Source: a virus (lineage: Duplodnaviria > Caudoviricetes). Taken from it: DNA of 55,453 nt. A model generated the notes under the pieces. That model did no database searches. It was not told where the DNA came from and saw only the letters and a list, made by a program, of their open reading frames with translations. How positions within the stretch are numbered: position 1 is the first letter of the stretch; each line of letters begins with the position of its first letter. Of this stretch, positions 9,101-18,152 are shown one piece after another. The stretch is from IMG/VR virus record IMGVR_UViG_3300023171_000001, positions 1-55,453 of that record; one strand, 5' to 3'. Made by a program: the position numbers and the translations under genes.

Positions 9101-9542
9101 AAAACTGAAATTTGTGACAGAAGTCGTAAAAACAGCTTCATTTTTAAAGCCTGGCGACATGATAATAAAATACGTGTCTGAAAATAACTATTGCGGAAAA
9201 GCTACTATTAGGAGGACTTACTTAGAAGTTTTGTCTATAGGTGAAAAAAGCGTATTAGTTAATAATCATAGAGTTATTCAAGGAATAGATCGCCATTTTA
9301 ACTATGTCGGAAAGCAGTACTTGAAAAGGTTTGACAAGTATGACAATGAAGTCGTTTTTCTTGTGGAAACCACCAGCGACGGCAAAACCGATGAAGTACT
9401 TGAAGACATAGAACAAATCAAACTTATGATACGTACTATGAAGCTAGGCGGTTCAGACTGGCCAGCTTTTGCAAACACCTTACAAAAACTTTACAATTTT
9501 GAAACCTTAGAACCGAATGAAACCAAACCGAATCCTGTCTAA
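9093..9542 (+). CDS. Hypothetical protein
   Basis: 149-aa ORF overlapping its neighbours. Confidence 0.7.
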   Translation: MPEKLKFVTEVVKTASFLKPGDMIIKYVSENNYCGKATIRRTYLEVLSIGEKSVLVNNHRVIQGIDRHFNYVGKQYLKRFDKYDNEVVFLVETTSDGKTDEVLEDIEQIKLMIRTMKLGGSDWPAFANTLQKLYNFETLEPNETKPNPV

Positions 9543-10026
9543 AAGTCAAGGACAAATTACCCAGGCACAGATTGATTTTGAACCCGAAATTAGGGCTTTG
9601 TGCTGGAAGAATCCCTTTGCCGCTGGTATGATTGCGGGAAAAATTGAAACGAGAAACAGGCCTACCAATGTACGGGGATTTGTCTTGATAGTTGCCACCG
9701 AAAAGCGGTATAATAATGAACAACTTTTTCAAATTACAACACATTCTTTGTATTTGAAAATGATGGAAAAAATGGCAAAAACGTTTGGTTGTGATGAAAA
9801 TTATTCAAATGGAAAAGCGGTAGGTATTGCAAAATTAACAGACTGCCGACCAATGACACCAGAAGACGAAGAAAAGACTTTTGTGAAATACCAGCCTGGC
9901 AAGTGGTGTTGGATATTTGAAGACGTTACGCCAATAATTCCCTTCAAGCTGAAGGGCTTCCAGGGATGGAGGATATTAAAAGAATCTATAAAACGCCAAA
10001 TCCTTATAAATGAACCAGGTAGATAA
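9517..10026 (+). CDS. ASCH-domain protein
   Basis: ALCWKNPFA..IAGKIETRNR.T..RG.VLI ... GKAVG...L.DC ... WIFEDV..I.PF.LKG.QGW. Confidence 0.9.
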   Translation: MKPNRILSKSQGQITQAQIDFEPEIRALCWKNPFAAGMIAGKIETRNRPTNVRGFVLIVATEKRYNNEQLFQITTHSLYLKMMEKMAKTFGCDENYSNGKAVGIAKLTDCRPMTPEDEEKTFVKYQPGKWCWIFEDVTPIIPFKLKGFQGWRILKESIKRQILINEPGR

Positions 10027-10411
10027 ATACATAGAAAATCTTTGTACCTCAATCATTGACAGGATTCTGGAAAACAAGATTTTCAACAAGACGGAAGCGT
10101 TGAAAATTATCAATCCCCTGGTTAGGTCAGCTTTGTTTGATGTTTCAGGTATGCAGATCAGTTCGGTAGAAGCTAGGCTTGAATACTTAAGGGTTAAGCT
10201 GCCACAAGTTGACGGTGTGCAAAAACAAGTGCTTCAGGCAGAGATTTCAGGACTGAAGGCCGAAAGGAGGCACCAGAATAAACTTCGTACTGAATTAGAT
10301 TATAGACAAAAGTACTTTGCTTTGGATGCCTACCTGAAAGAAAGGCTATCTGATGAAGAATATCAAGAAATTATCAAAATAAAAACCACCTTCTGGAAGG
10401 AAGAAGAATAA
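10010..10411 (+). CDS. Hypothetical coiled-coil protein
   Basis: ORF in operon. Confidence 0.7.
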   Translation: MNQVDKYIENLCTSIIDRILENKIFNKTEALKIINPLVRSALFDVSGMQISSVEARLEYLRVKLPQVDGVQKQVLQAEISGLKAERRHQNKLRTELDYRQKYFALDAYLKERLSDEEYQEIIKIKTTFWKEEE

Positions 10412-10438
10412 ATTTAAAACCTCAAAACAAATAAAATA

Positions 10439-11008
10439 ATGCACAAAGAACTTGCTGAAAGGTTTCACGAATGGATTAATGATGCTCCCCTTTTACCATT
10501 TGTTGAACTGAAAAGAATTGCCCATTCAATACTTATACAGGACAAAAGAATTGAAACCATTAAAATTCCTTTTGTTGGTGCGGTTTCAAAGGAAGTCGCA
10601 GAAGGCCACCCAATATTTGAGGCTTTTAAGATTGATTTCTCATTAGATTCAGAAAGTAAAAGGCTGGTTGCTGATAATAATTTAATTGTTAACCCTGACA
10701 AGTCTTCTATAAGCAAAGACCCTGAAGTAGATTCTTATATTAATCACTGGAAACAGATAATGAAAATTATTAATGAAGAACAAGCAATTGAAAAAGGCTA
10801 TAAAAGGAGCCGCATTAGGTACCCTGGCGTTTCTATCGAACTTTATTCGATGCCGCATTATGAAGCCTGTAGAAGTTTGATAATTTATTATTTTGTTGAA
10901 AATGATGGCAATGCAGCAGGCGGTATTACTTCTTTTGTTAATATCTATGACCGCAAAGAAGACAATGAAAAACAAGAAAAATTTCCTTTTAACATTCACG
11001 ATAATTAA
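10439..11008 (+). CDS. Hypothetical protein
   Basis: 189-aa ORF with an A-rich leader. Confidence 0.7.
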   Translation: MHKELAERFHEWINDAPLLPFVELKRIAHSILIQDKRIETIKIPFVGAVSKEVAEGHPIFEAFKIDFSLDSESKRLVADNNLIVNPDKSSISKDPEVDSYINHWKQIMKIINEEQAIEKGYKRSRIRYPGVSIELYSMPHYEACRSLIIYYFVENDGNAAGGITSFVNIYDRKEDNEKQEKFPFNIHDN

Positions 11009-11238
11009 TGAAAATTGACTTCTGGAAACTTAGGAGCCTAAAAGCTGGTGAAGTGTTCTTTAGAAAAAAGGGTGATGAAGTTATAATGTTTGCATTTTTA
11101 GCTTGTCACCCTGTTATAACTACTGCGGTTATTGCTATAAATCGCTATGATTCGCAGTCTGTAGAGGTAATTAATCTTAGTAATTTTGCCACATCGGACT
11201 TTTTCGACCATACTTATTTAGTAGTTAATCCAGAATAA
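11008..11238 (+). CDS. Hypothetical protein, distant member of paralog family B
   Basis: F.KLRSLKAGEVFF...G.....FAF...HP.....VI. Confidence 0.6.
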   Translation: MKIDFWKLRSLKAGEVFFRKKGDEVIMFAFLACHPVITTAVIAINRYDSQSVEVINLSNFATSDFFDHTYLVVNPE

Positions 11239-11310
11239 TATTCTGCTTCACAGCTGGGAAGTAAGCAGTTACACGAAATTATATTTTGCAAAACATTTAA
11301 AAACTTTATA

Positions 11311-12018
11311 ATGAACGATAATAGATTTAATTTACATGAAGGCGATCACCTTCGCACCTTTTCAGGCTTATACATTGACGTGTTCAACCCTAATGTTGAC
11401 ATGGTTTCAATGATTGACATTGCACACGGCCTTAGCAATGTGTGCCGTTTTGCTGGCCAGTGTTCAAGGTTTTATTCAGTTGCACAGCATAGCGTTCTTG
11501 TTGCCGCTGATGTAATTACAGGTGAAAGAAAAATTAAACAGATGGCAATTTTGCATGATGCCAGTGAAGCGTATATTGGTGATATGCCAAAGCCAATCAA
11601 GAAACATTTTCCAAACTACCAGGCAGTTGAAGAAAATCTAATGTATGTTATTTTCGAGAAGTTCGGCCTTTCTTATGCTGAATATCTGAACGTTTACAAG
11701 CCGATGATAAAAGAAGCTGACAAAAAAGCTTTGGAGTTTGAACACAAAACCGTCATGCTTAATGAAAATAATATGATGCATATTTGGAAGCCTGAAGAAG
11801 CAAAGCAAAGGTTTATGAATAATGTAAGCCAGCTTTTTAATGAACCGTTTACTATTGATTATGCCGTTGCTTATACACACCCAATAAGCAAAGGTGTAAT
11901 AAATTTACAAGCCTGGAGCGAATACGATGCAGTTGAGGCCGTCAAACATCAATTATCATACAACCGTACAATCCCTTTACATACCTATGAATTCAGAACC
12001 GAAAAAAATCAAAGATGA
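11311..12018 (+). CDS. HD-domain phosphohydrolase (YfbR/YfdR-like 5'-deoxynucleotidase)
   Basis: DIAHGLS..CRFAG....FYSVAQHS...LHDASEAYIGDMPKPIK. Confidence 0.9.
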   Translation: MNDNRFNLHEGDHLRTFSGLYIDVFNPNVDMVSMIDIAHGLSNVCRFAGQCSRFYSVAQHSVLVAADVITGERKIKQMAILHDASEAYIGDMPKPIKKHFPNYQAVEENLMYVIFEKFGLSYAEYLNVYKPMIKEADKKALEFEHKTVMLNENNMMHIWKPEEAKQRFMNNVSQLFNEPFTIDYAVAYTHPISKGVINLQAWSEYDAVEAVKHQLSYNRTIPLHTYEFRTEKNQR

Positions 12019-12304
12019 AGTTGAAAAACTTAGCAAAACCCTAGCCAAACAGATGAAGGATGAAGGCCTAAAAGGATTTGTTGCACAGGCATTAAAACGT
12101 TTTCCAACTACTTATTCAGAAAAGGAAAATACAAAGCTTTTGAACGCTGATCTGTACAATAACTTTGCTATATTTTGCAATATGGCCAACAACAAACAGA
12201 AAGGTCAGATCAATAACGGGTTGAAGTTATTGGTCAAATACATGGCGGCAAATCCTGACTGTGACATTCAAGGCTTCAGGGTAGGTATTATAAAAAAAGA
12301 CTGA
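11987..12304 (+). CDS. Hypothetical protein
   Basis: ORF from MNSEPKK overlapping the end of the HD gene. Confidence 0.65.
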   Translation: MNSEPKKIKDEVEKLSKTLAKQMKDEGLKGFVAQALKRFPTTYSEKENTKLLNADLYNNFAIFCNMANNKQKGQINNGLKLLVKYMAANPDCDIQGFRVGIIKKD

Positions 12305-12367
12305 CCTTTTTTGATTGTTCTTTAATTTTTCATACTTTTAATTTTTTAAACCCCCAAATTTCGTACT

Positions 12368-12679
12368 ATGGCACCTTCACATTCAATGCGAAAACTTTTG
12401 ATTATCAGCTTTGCGGCTGGTGTTGCCTATTTTTTTTCAACTTGCGTTTATGATCTAAATCAATTAGAACACCGACAGCGTACAGTTTTAGCATACAATT
12501 TAAGCATTTTCGTCCCTTCTGAACTTCATATTCAAGAATATGCAATTGAAGAAGTTCAAGACAATCAAGCCGTTTCTTGTGTCCAAAAAAACTTTGGCAC
12601 TGAATATGTGAACCGCAAAAACGTAAAAGTTTACGGTTCTGACCAGCTGATTTTCTATTATAATAGTAAGATCAGTTAG
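12368..12679 (+). CDS. Putative exported/membrane-anchored protein (moron-like)
   Basis: MRKLLIISFAAGVAYFFSTC signal-like N-terminus; stand-alone gene followed by a terminator. Confidence 0.5.
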   Translation: MAPSHSMRKLLIISFAAGVAYFFSTCVYDLNQLEHRQRTVLAYNLSIFVPSELHIQEYAIEEVQDNQAVSCVQKNFGTEYVNRKNVKVYGSDQLIFYYNSKIS

Positions 12680-12723
12680 TTGCATAAAAAAGGTTATGAT
12701 TAGTCCAGATGGAAAAATACAAT

Positions 12724-12766
12724 AAAAAGAAGCGGTAACTGATTCACAGTTGCCGCTTCTTTTTTG
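12724..12766 (+). terminator. Rho-independent terminator (bidirectional)
   Basis: AAAAAGAAGCGGTAACTG-attca-CAGTTGCCGCTTCTTTTTT. Confidence 0.85.
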
Positions 12767-12833
12767 TTCAAATATGTATTTTGAAGTAAAAACGTTATTT
12801 TTGAAGGATTTATAAACATTCAATAAACATTTT

Positions 12834-13370
12834 ATGGATAACTCTGAAAATATTCCAAACGACGTAGAAAAGAAAATTGGAGGCATACAAAAAAGAAGGC
12901 CGAATGTTAAAAAAGAAATCTGTGAATATATTGCGGATGGCTTGAACTTCAAACAGGCAATGGCAAAGGCTGGTATTTCACACCAAACTTTCAACAATTG
13001 GCAACGGGACGACGCTGTTTTTACGGCTGCGATCAACACCGCTTTGTTGGCTCAAAACAGTGCGATAAGGGCTTATGCACGTGCTAGTCTTGTGTATCTG
13101 GTACAAATCCAGGACGTGGAAGAAGTTACTTCTGAATTTGATATTGGCAAGGATAAGGACGGGAAAGACGTTGAAGTCTTGACTAAAAGAAAGGTTACTA
13201 GGAAAAAGATGTTGCCACCAGCTGCACTTATTCAATATGCATTGAATAATCTTGAACCTGAAACTTTTGCGGATAGACATGATCTAACCTCAAAAGGTGA
13301 AGGCATCAACAACGGTTTCTTAGAATTGTATAAACAAGCCATGAATGCCAATGACAAACCAGTTAAGTAA
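12834..13370 (+). CDS. terS: Terminase small subunit
   Basis: N-terminal HTH (ICEYIADG....A...AGISHQTFNNW), KKMLPP.A...Y.LNN..PE.F.DR and DLTSKG motifs; directly upstream of terL. Confidence 0.8.
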   Translation: MDNSENIPNDVEKKIGGIQKRRPNVKKEICEYIADGLNFKQAMAKAGISHQTFNNWQRDDAVFTAAINTALLAQNSAIRAYARASLVYLVQIQDVEEVTSEFDIGKDKDGKDVEVLTKRKVTRKKMLPPAALIQYALNNLEPETFADRHDLTSKGEGINNGFLELYKQAMNANDKPVK

Positions 13371-13389
13371 AAAGAAAGATGATAGATCA

Positions 13390-15027
13390 ATGAATTACAA
13401 TCAAATGATCTCATCTCAATCCCAAAAAACCAATAGGGTAAAAAAAGCTAATGGTACCATTACACAAGAACTTTTGAATGATTTTATACGCCAGAAGTGG
13501 CGGCAGTGGAAAAATGACTGGGTACTATTTGCAACTGAAGTTTTTGGCGTGGTACTTGACCCTGAACAAGCTGAAATTCTTCGAGCCGTACAAGTTTACC
13601 CTATGGTTTCGGTTACTTCAGGGACTTCAAGGGGAAAGGACTTCGTTTCTGCCATTGCGGGTTTGTGCTTTATGTATTTAACGCCAGAATTTGACGATCT
13701 GATGAATATGGTGAAAAATACGAAGGTGGCCATGACTGCACCAACCCACAGGCAAGTCAAGAATATCATGCAGCCTGAATTCTCCCGCAATTTCAAGGCC
13801 GCAGCCCGTCGGGGATTTCCTTTAAATGGTCGCTTGGTTGGGTCTGATATTCGTACTAATTCAGAAGAATGGTTTCTAACTGCCTTTACTGCCGATGCTA
13901 ACAATGAGGAAGCCTGGTCTGGTTTCCATGCTGCCAATACTATGTTCATTGTTACAGAAGCTTCAGGTATTTCAGACAAAACATTTGAAGCTATTGAAGG
14001 AAATTTGCAAGGTAATTCCAGAATCCTTTTGGTTTTCAATCCTAATAATTTGACGGGATATGCTGCCAAATCTCAAAGGGGTGACAGGTGGAAGAAGTTT
14101 AGGCTTAATTCTTTGAATGCTCAAAACGTTATTGCAAAAAAGGAAGTTATTACTGGTCAGGTGAATTACGAATGGGTAATTGACAAACTTACTGCCTGGT
14201 GTACGCAGATTACAAAAGAACAGTTTTCTGATGAATATGATGATTTCGTTTTTGAAGGAAAATATTACAGGCCTGAAGACATTTTTCGGAGGAAAGTATT
14301 AGGCAAGTTTCCAAAGGTTTCTGAATCAAAACTTATTCCTGAAAGCTGGATTCTGGCGGCAAATAAACGCTGGCTTGAATACAAAGATTTAGATAATTTG
14401 TCAAGCAAGCCTTTGACGTTAGGCGTTGACGTTGCTGGTAATGGTCGGGATAATTCCCTTTATGTGAAGCGTTACCAAAATTACGTTGCTTCCTTCAAGG
14501 TACTAAACTTTAAGCTGGAAGAAATTCACATGGCCTTTGCTGGAATGATCTTGAACGAACTAAGGCAGCATTCTAATTCAATAGCACATATTGACAACAT
14601 AGGGGAAGGTGCTGGTGTTTATGCCAGATTGATAGAAATGCTAAAAGAATGGGGTTCAGGTAATGAAGGAAGGGCTTATTCATGCAAATATTCACATTCT
14701 GCTAAAGATTCTGAAGGCCGTGAATTAAGCGACTACCTCAACCAGTATAATTTCGAGAACAAAAGAGCATATCTTTTTTGGGCAGTGCGTGACTGGCTTG
14801 ACCCTAGAAACGGCATGAATGCCATGCTACCACCAAACGAACTATTCCTTGAAGAAGCGATGGAAATTGAATACTTCTTTAAATCTAACGGGAAAATTGC
14901 AATAGAACCAAAGGACGACATCAAAAAACGCCTGGGTAGATCAACGGATTATTTTGACGCATTGGCTAATAGTTTCAATTCTGACAGTAAAAATGTACTT
15001 ACAGATAACATTTTAGATTACTTTTAA
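13390..15027 (+). CDS. terL: Terminase large subunit
   Basis: Walker A-like SGTSRGKD, TAPT..QV, Walker B-like FIVTEASG, NP coupling motif, RNaseH-like LGVDVA..G.D and STDYFDALA. The start may be 13345. Confidence 0.95.
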   Translation: MNYNQMISSQSQKTNRVKKANGTITQELLNDFIRQKWRQWKNDWVLFATEVFGVVLDPEQAEILRAVQVYPMVSVTSGTSRGKDFVSAIAGLCFMYLTPEFDDLMNMVKNTKVAMTAPTHRQVKNIMQPEFSRNFKAAARRGFPLNGRLVGSDIRTNSEEWFLTAFTADANNEEAWSGFHAANTMFIVTEASGISDKTFEAIEGNLQGNSRILLVFNPNNLTGYAAKSQRGDRWKKFRLNSLNAQNVIAKKEVITGQVNYEWVIDKLTAWCTQITKEQFSDEYDDFVFEGKYYRPEDIFRRKVLGKFPKVSESKLIPESWILAANKRWLEYKDLDNLSSKPLTLGVDVAGNGRDNSLYVKRYQNYVASFKVLNFKLEEIHMAFAGMILNELRQHSNSIAHIDNIGEGAGVYARLIEMLKEWGSGNEGRAYSCKYSHSAKDSEGRELSDYLNQYNFENKRAYLFWAVRDWLDPRNGMNAMLPPNELFLEEAMEIEYFFKSNGKIAIEPKDDIKKRLGRSTDYFDALANSFNSDSKNVLTDNILDYF

Positions 15028-15041
15028 GCTATCTTTGTGCA

Positions 15042-15128
15042 AAGACTACTATGCGGTTCATTACTAAATGGCTGTTCTTTTTCGTTTATAGAATGATTAA
15101 AAGCCCCGTTTCCTAAACAGGGCTTTTT
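15042..15128 (+). ncRNA. Candidate small RNA antisense to the conserved early-gene leader
   Basis: Own -7 promoter TATCTTTG (15030-15037) and terminator hairpin 15099-15128; no + strand ORF of note. Core GTTCTTTTTCGTTT (15074-15087) is complementary to 8 leaders. Confidence 0.5.
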
Positions 15129-15129
15129 T
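15099..15129 (+). terminator. Rho-independent terminator
   Basis: AAAAGCCCCGTTT-cct-AAACAGGGCTTTTTT. Confidence 0.8.
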
Positions 15130-15184
15130 GCGTTTAATCAATTGCGTTGTTTTTTTTCTTTTCTTTGTTAAAAAAAACATTCAA

Positions 15185-16705
15185 ATGAGAATTTCAGAAA
15201 TACAAACCAAACTAGGGAAAGAACCAGGCGAAACAATGATTTCAATTCTGGAACGAAACAAGGTAGTAGAAGTATTACCACTAGCCAGCCCCCAAGTACT
15301 AGATACTACGGTTGTTTATGGTGACAGCAAGAAGGAGGCAAAAAAACAATATCATGTCCAAAGCCATGAAGTTTTTAGTCGAACCAAACGCCAGGACAAG
15401 CTTGTAAAAGCCAAAGACGACAAAGGCGTTGAAAATATGAAAATTATTTCTGTCAATCGTATAGGTGTAGCTATTCAGAAAAAGATTGTAAATACTTCAG
15501 TTTCTTTTCTGTTTGGAAATCCTGTAAGCGTATCGGCTAATACTGAAAACGATGGCCAGGTTGCTATATTGGCAGCACTCAAAAAAGTGTTTAGCAAAAA
15601 CAGAATAGATACCTTCAACCGTGCCGCAGCCAAAGACCTTTTCCGATCTTGTGAGATTGCAGAAATTTGGTTTACTATCAAAGAAAAGGAAAAAAATACT
15701 TATTACGGCTTTCCTTCTGACTGGCGAATTAAGGTAAAACTGGCATCAAATTGGCTTGGTGATGAATTATATCCTTTGTTTGATGAAAATCAAGAAATGA
15801 TTGCTTTTGGCCGTAGATATACAGAAAATAATGACCAGGTTTTTGAAATATACACTTCTGACGAAATTGTCAGGATGAAGAAAACAAACGATTCTACAGA
15901 TTGGAAACAGGATGCAAAAATTGAAAACCAATTTAAAAAAATCCCTGTCAATTATGCAGTACAGGAGAATGTAGAATGGGCAGATGTAGAATCTTCTATT
16001 TGTAGATTAGAAATGGTTATGTCAAACTTTGCTGATACAAACGACTATCATGCAAGCCCGAAAATATTCATCAAAGGCAAGCTTGAAGGGTTCAGTCAAA
16101 AAGGTGAAACTGGTTCAATCCTTCAAGGTGGTATTGATTCAGATATGAAATACGTGACCTGGGAAAATGCACCACATTCAGTCAAAACAGAAATAGAAAA
16201 TTTGTATGAAATAATCTATTCTATGACGCAAACCCCGAACCTGTCATTTGAGAATTTAAAAAAGCTTTCAATTGGAAATGTTAGCGGCAAAACTCTGGAA
16301 TTCTTGTTCCTGGATTCACAGTTGAAGGTGATGGAGAAAAGGGAAATCTTTGACGCTTATCTTGATCGCAGAAATAGTATAGTTTTATCAATCCTTACAA
16401 GTATCAACCCAGCCTTTAAAAAAGAAGTTGATAACATGGAAATACAGGCTTCTATTGTACCATTCACTATTTTGGACAAAGCTGCGGAACTTGAATTCCT
16501 TCAAAAAGCTAATGGCGGCAAAAAGGTTTTGTCACAAAAATCCAGCGTTCTATTAGCTAATATTACCAGCGACCCAGAGGAAGAATACGAATTAATTCTT
16601 GCTGAAGAAAAAGAAGAAGCTGAAGCAGCTGCGAAGGTTGCGGCAGAAGCTGCAAAGGCCGCATCATCGAAGAAAAAAGAAGAATCAGTAATAGAAGAAA
16701 AATAG
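15185..16705 (+). CDS. Portal protein (SPP1 gp6-like)
   Basis: KKIVNTSVSFLFGNPV, KIPVNY, SNFADTNDYHASP, KYVTWE and SGKTL.FLF motifs; follows terL. Confidence 0.92.
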   Translation: MRISEIQTKLGKEPGETMISILERNKVVEVLPLASPQVLDTTVVYGDSKKEAKKQYHVQSHEVFSRTKRQDKLVKAKDDKGVENMKIISVNRIGVAIQKKIVNTSVSFLFGNPVSVSANTENDGQVAILAALKKVFSKNRIDTFNRAAAKDLFRSCEIAEIWFTIKEKEKNTYYGFPSDWRIKVKLASNWLGDELYPLFDENQEMIAFGRRYTENNDQVFEIYTSDEIVRMKKTNDSTDWKQDAKIENQFKKIPVNYAVQENVEWADVESSICRLEMVMSNFADTNDYHASPKIFIKGKLEGFSQKGETGSILQGGIDSDMKYVTWENAPHSVKTEIENLYEIIYSMTQTPNLSFENLKKLSIGNVSGKTLEFLFLDSQLKVMEKREIFDAYLDRRNSIVLSILTSINPAFKKEVDNMEIQASIVPFTILDKAAELEFLQKANGGKKVLSQKSSVLLANITSDPEEEYELILAEEKEEAEAAAKVAAEAAKAASSKKKEESVIEEK

Positions 16706-16774
16706 TATTTTCTTGGAATTACAAAAAAAGCAGTATTTTCGCATTTAATTCTCAACCAAAAAAAGATTTCCAAT

Positions 16775-17428
16775 ATGTCTTTACAACAAGTTTTATACGC
16801 AGTTAGGAACAAATATGGCCATTTGGGTCTTGCGGAAAGTGTACTTGTTAAGTTAGCAGAGCAAATAATGAAATCAACAAAAGCTGAAACTACCAATGAA
16901 GAATTGGATACAGTTGTTGCCGAATATTTGCCGCTAGCACAATCATTTCAATCTGAAACTGATCGACGTGTTACCGAAGCAACTGCGAAAGCCAAACTTC
17001 CGCAGGAGCAAACGAAAACAGTCGTACAAGGTTCAGAGGCTCAACCAGCAGAAAAAGACGCACCCCCAGCGTGGTTTTCAACTTTCGCTTCAGAAATCAA
17101 AAGCGAAATAGCAGGAATCAAGGGGACGCAAACGTTGGGAAGTCGTGAAAAGCAATTGAATGACGTTCTGGCGGGTGCAAATGAAATCTTCAAATCAAGT
17201 ACCTTGAAAAGTTTTTTACGTATGAACTTTAAGGACGAACAGGATTATTTGGCGTATCTCGAAGAAGTAAAAGCTGACGTTGCAGCAAACCCTTCACAGG
17301 CACAAGAAAAGGTTGAAAAACCTGGCGGTGGCAATAGTTTTGTCCCTGGTGGTGGCACTGGTGGAGGGGGTGGAAAAGCTGACGTGAAAGCAATAGATGC
17401 TACAATTGCGGCCTGGGCTAAAGAATAA
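16775..17428 (+). CDS. Capsid scaffolding protein
   Basis: FQSETDRRVTEA, PPAWF and a Gly-rich C-terminus; sits between portal and capsid genes. Confidence 0.7.
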   Translation: MSLQQVLYAVRNKYGHLGLAESVLVKLAEQIMKSTKAETTNEELDTVVAEYLPLAQSFQSETDRRVTEATAKAKLPQEQTKTVVQGSEAQPAEKDAPPAWFSTFASEIKSEIAGIKGTQTLGSREKQLNDVLAGANEIFKSSTLKSFLRMNFKDEQDYLAYLEEVKADVAANPSQAQEKVEKPGGGNSFVPGGGTGGGGGKADVKAIDATIAAWAKE

Positions 17429-17485
17429 GGGCAGACAGAAAAACAATACAAGGGCTATTTATTAACCCTTTTATTTTTTTCTCAA

Positions 17486-18082
17486 ATGAGTTTAAAATTA
17501 ACGACAGTTAAGGGAACTGCGGGCAAAGTAGTATTTCAAGAAGTGATCGAAACCGTTCAAGGTGGACATACTTTGGTGATTACTGATCTTACCGTTGGTG
17601 AAACCCTTCCAGCTGGTACCATTATAGGTGCAACCGCAGCTGATGAAACAGATCGCAAGTGTTCTGTTATTAAAGGTGCCATTTTGAATGCAGATGCAGG
17701 AAACTCGGCAGTCGACTACCAAGTAAAAAAAGGCCACAGCTTTAAAGTAGGGAATTATTTTGCAGCCATTAAAGGTGCAAAAGCTTATCCAATCACCGCA
17801 ATTGACACGGCTAACGTGAACTATGATGTGATTACAATTTCAACAACTTTAGGAGTTGCATTGACAGCTGGTCAGGCTTTTTTTCAATCAAGTGCGACGG
17901 GTGCAAGTGCTGCGGCCTTCATTCGTCCTTTGGGTCTTCTTTACAATGATACATTAGTTGAAGTAAACGCAAATGTTGCTTTGGTTAATCGTGGAACTGT
18001 CTACGCTAGAAGGGTTACAACAGGCTTAAATGCTGATGTAATGCTGGCCTTGCCAACCGTAATTATTTCTAACTCGTACTAA
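17486..18082 (+). CDS. Head decoration/head fibre protein
   Basis: LPAGT.IG ... P.GLL.ND ... RGTVY; immediately upstream of the major capsid gene. Confidence 0.7.
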   Translation: MSLKLTTVKGTAGKVVFQEVIETVQGGHTLVITDLTVGETLPAGTIIGATAADETDRKCSVIKGAILNADAGNSAVDYQVKKGHSFKVGNYFAAIKGAKAYPITAIDTANVNYDVITISTTLGVALTAGQAFFQSSATGASAAAFIRPLGLLYNDTLVEVNANVALVNRGTVYARRVTTGLNADVMLALPTVIISNSY

Positions 18083-18152
18083 ATTACCTTAACCCTGGGA
18101 AGCCTGGGTTTTTGTCGTTTAGTCCATTTTACACCATTTACTTCTTTTTAAA

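Noticed and set aside
11244-11270. CTGCTT...AAGCAG hairpin upstream of the HD gene as a riboswitch or tRNA
   Set aside because: Too short, with no cloverleaf or recognisable aptamer consensus.
15027-15061. Minus-strand 10-codon ORF (MNRIVVFAQR) behind the leader-like motif
   Set aside because: It is very short, antisense to the late operon, 12 nt from the motif (0-6 nt in the real leaders) and has no - strand promoter that I could see. The + strand has both promoter and terminator. It remains an alternative explanation for the sRNA finding.
18091-18115. Hairpin between the decoration and major capsid genes as an ncRNA
   Set aside because: Short imperfect stem with a U-tract; at most a weak terminator or stability element.
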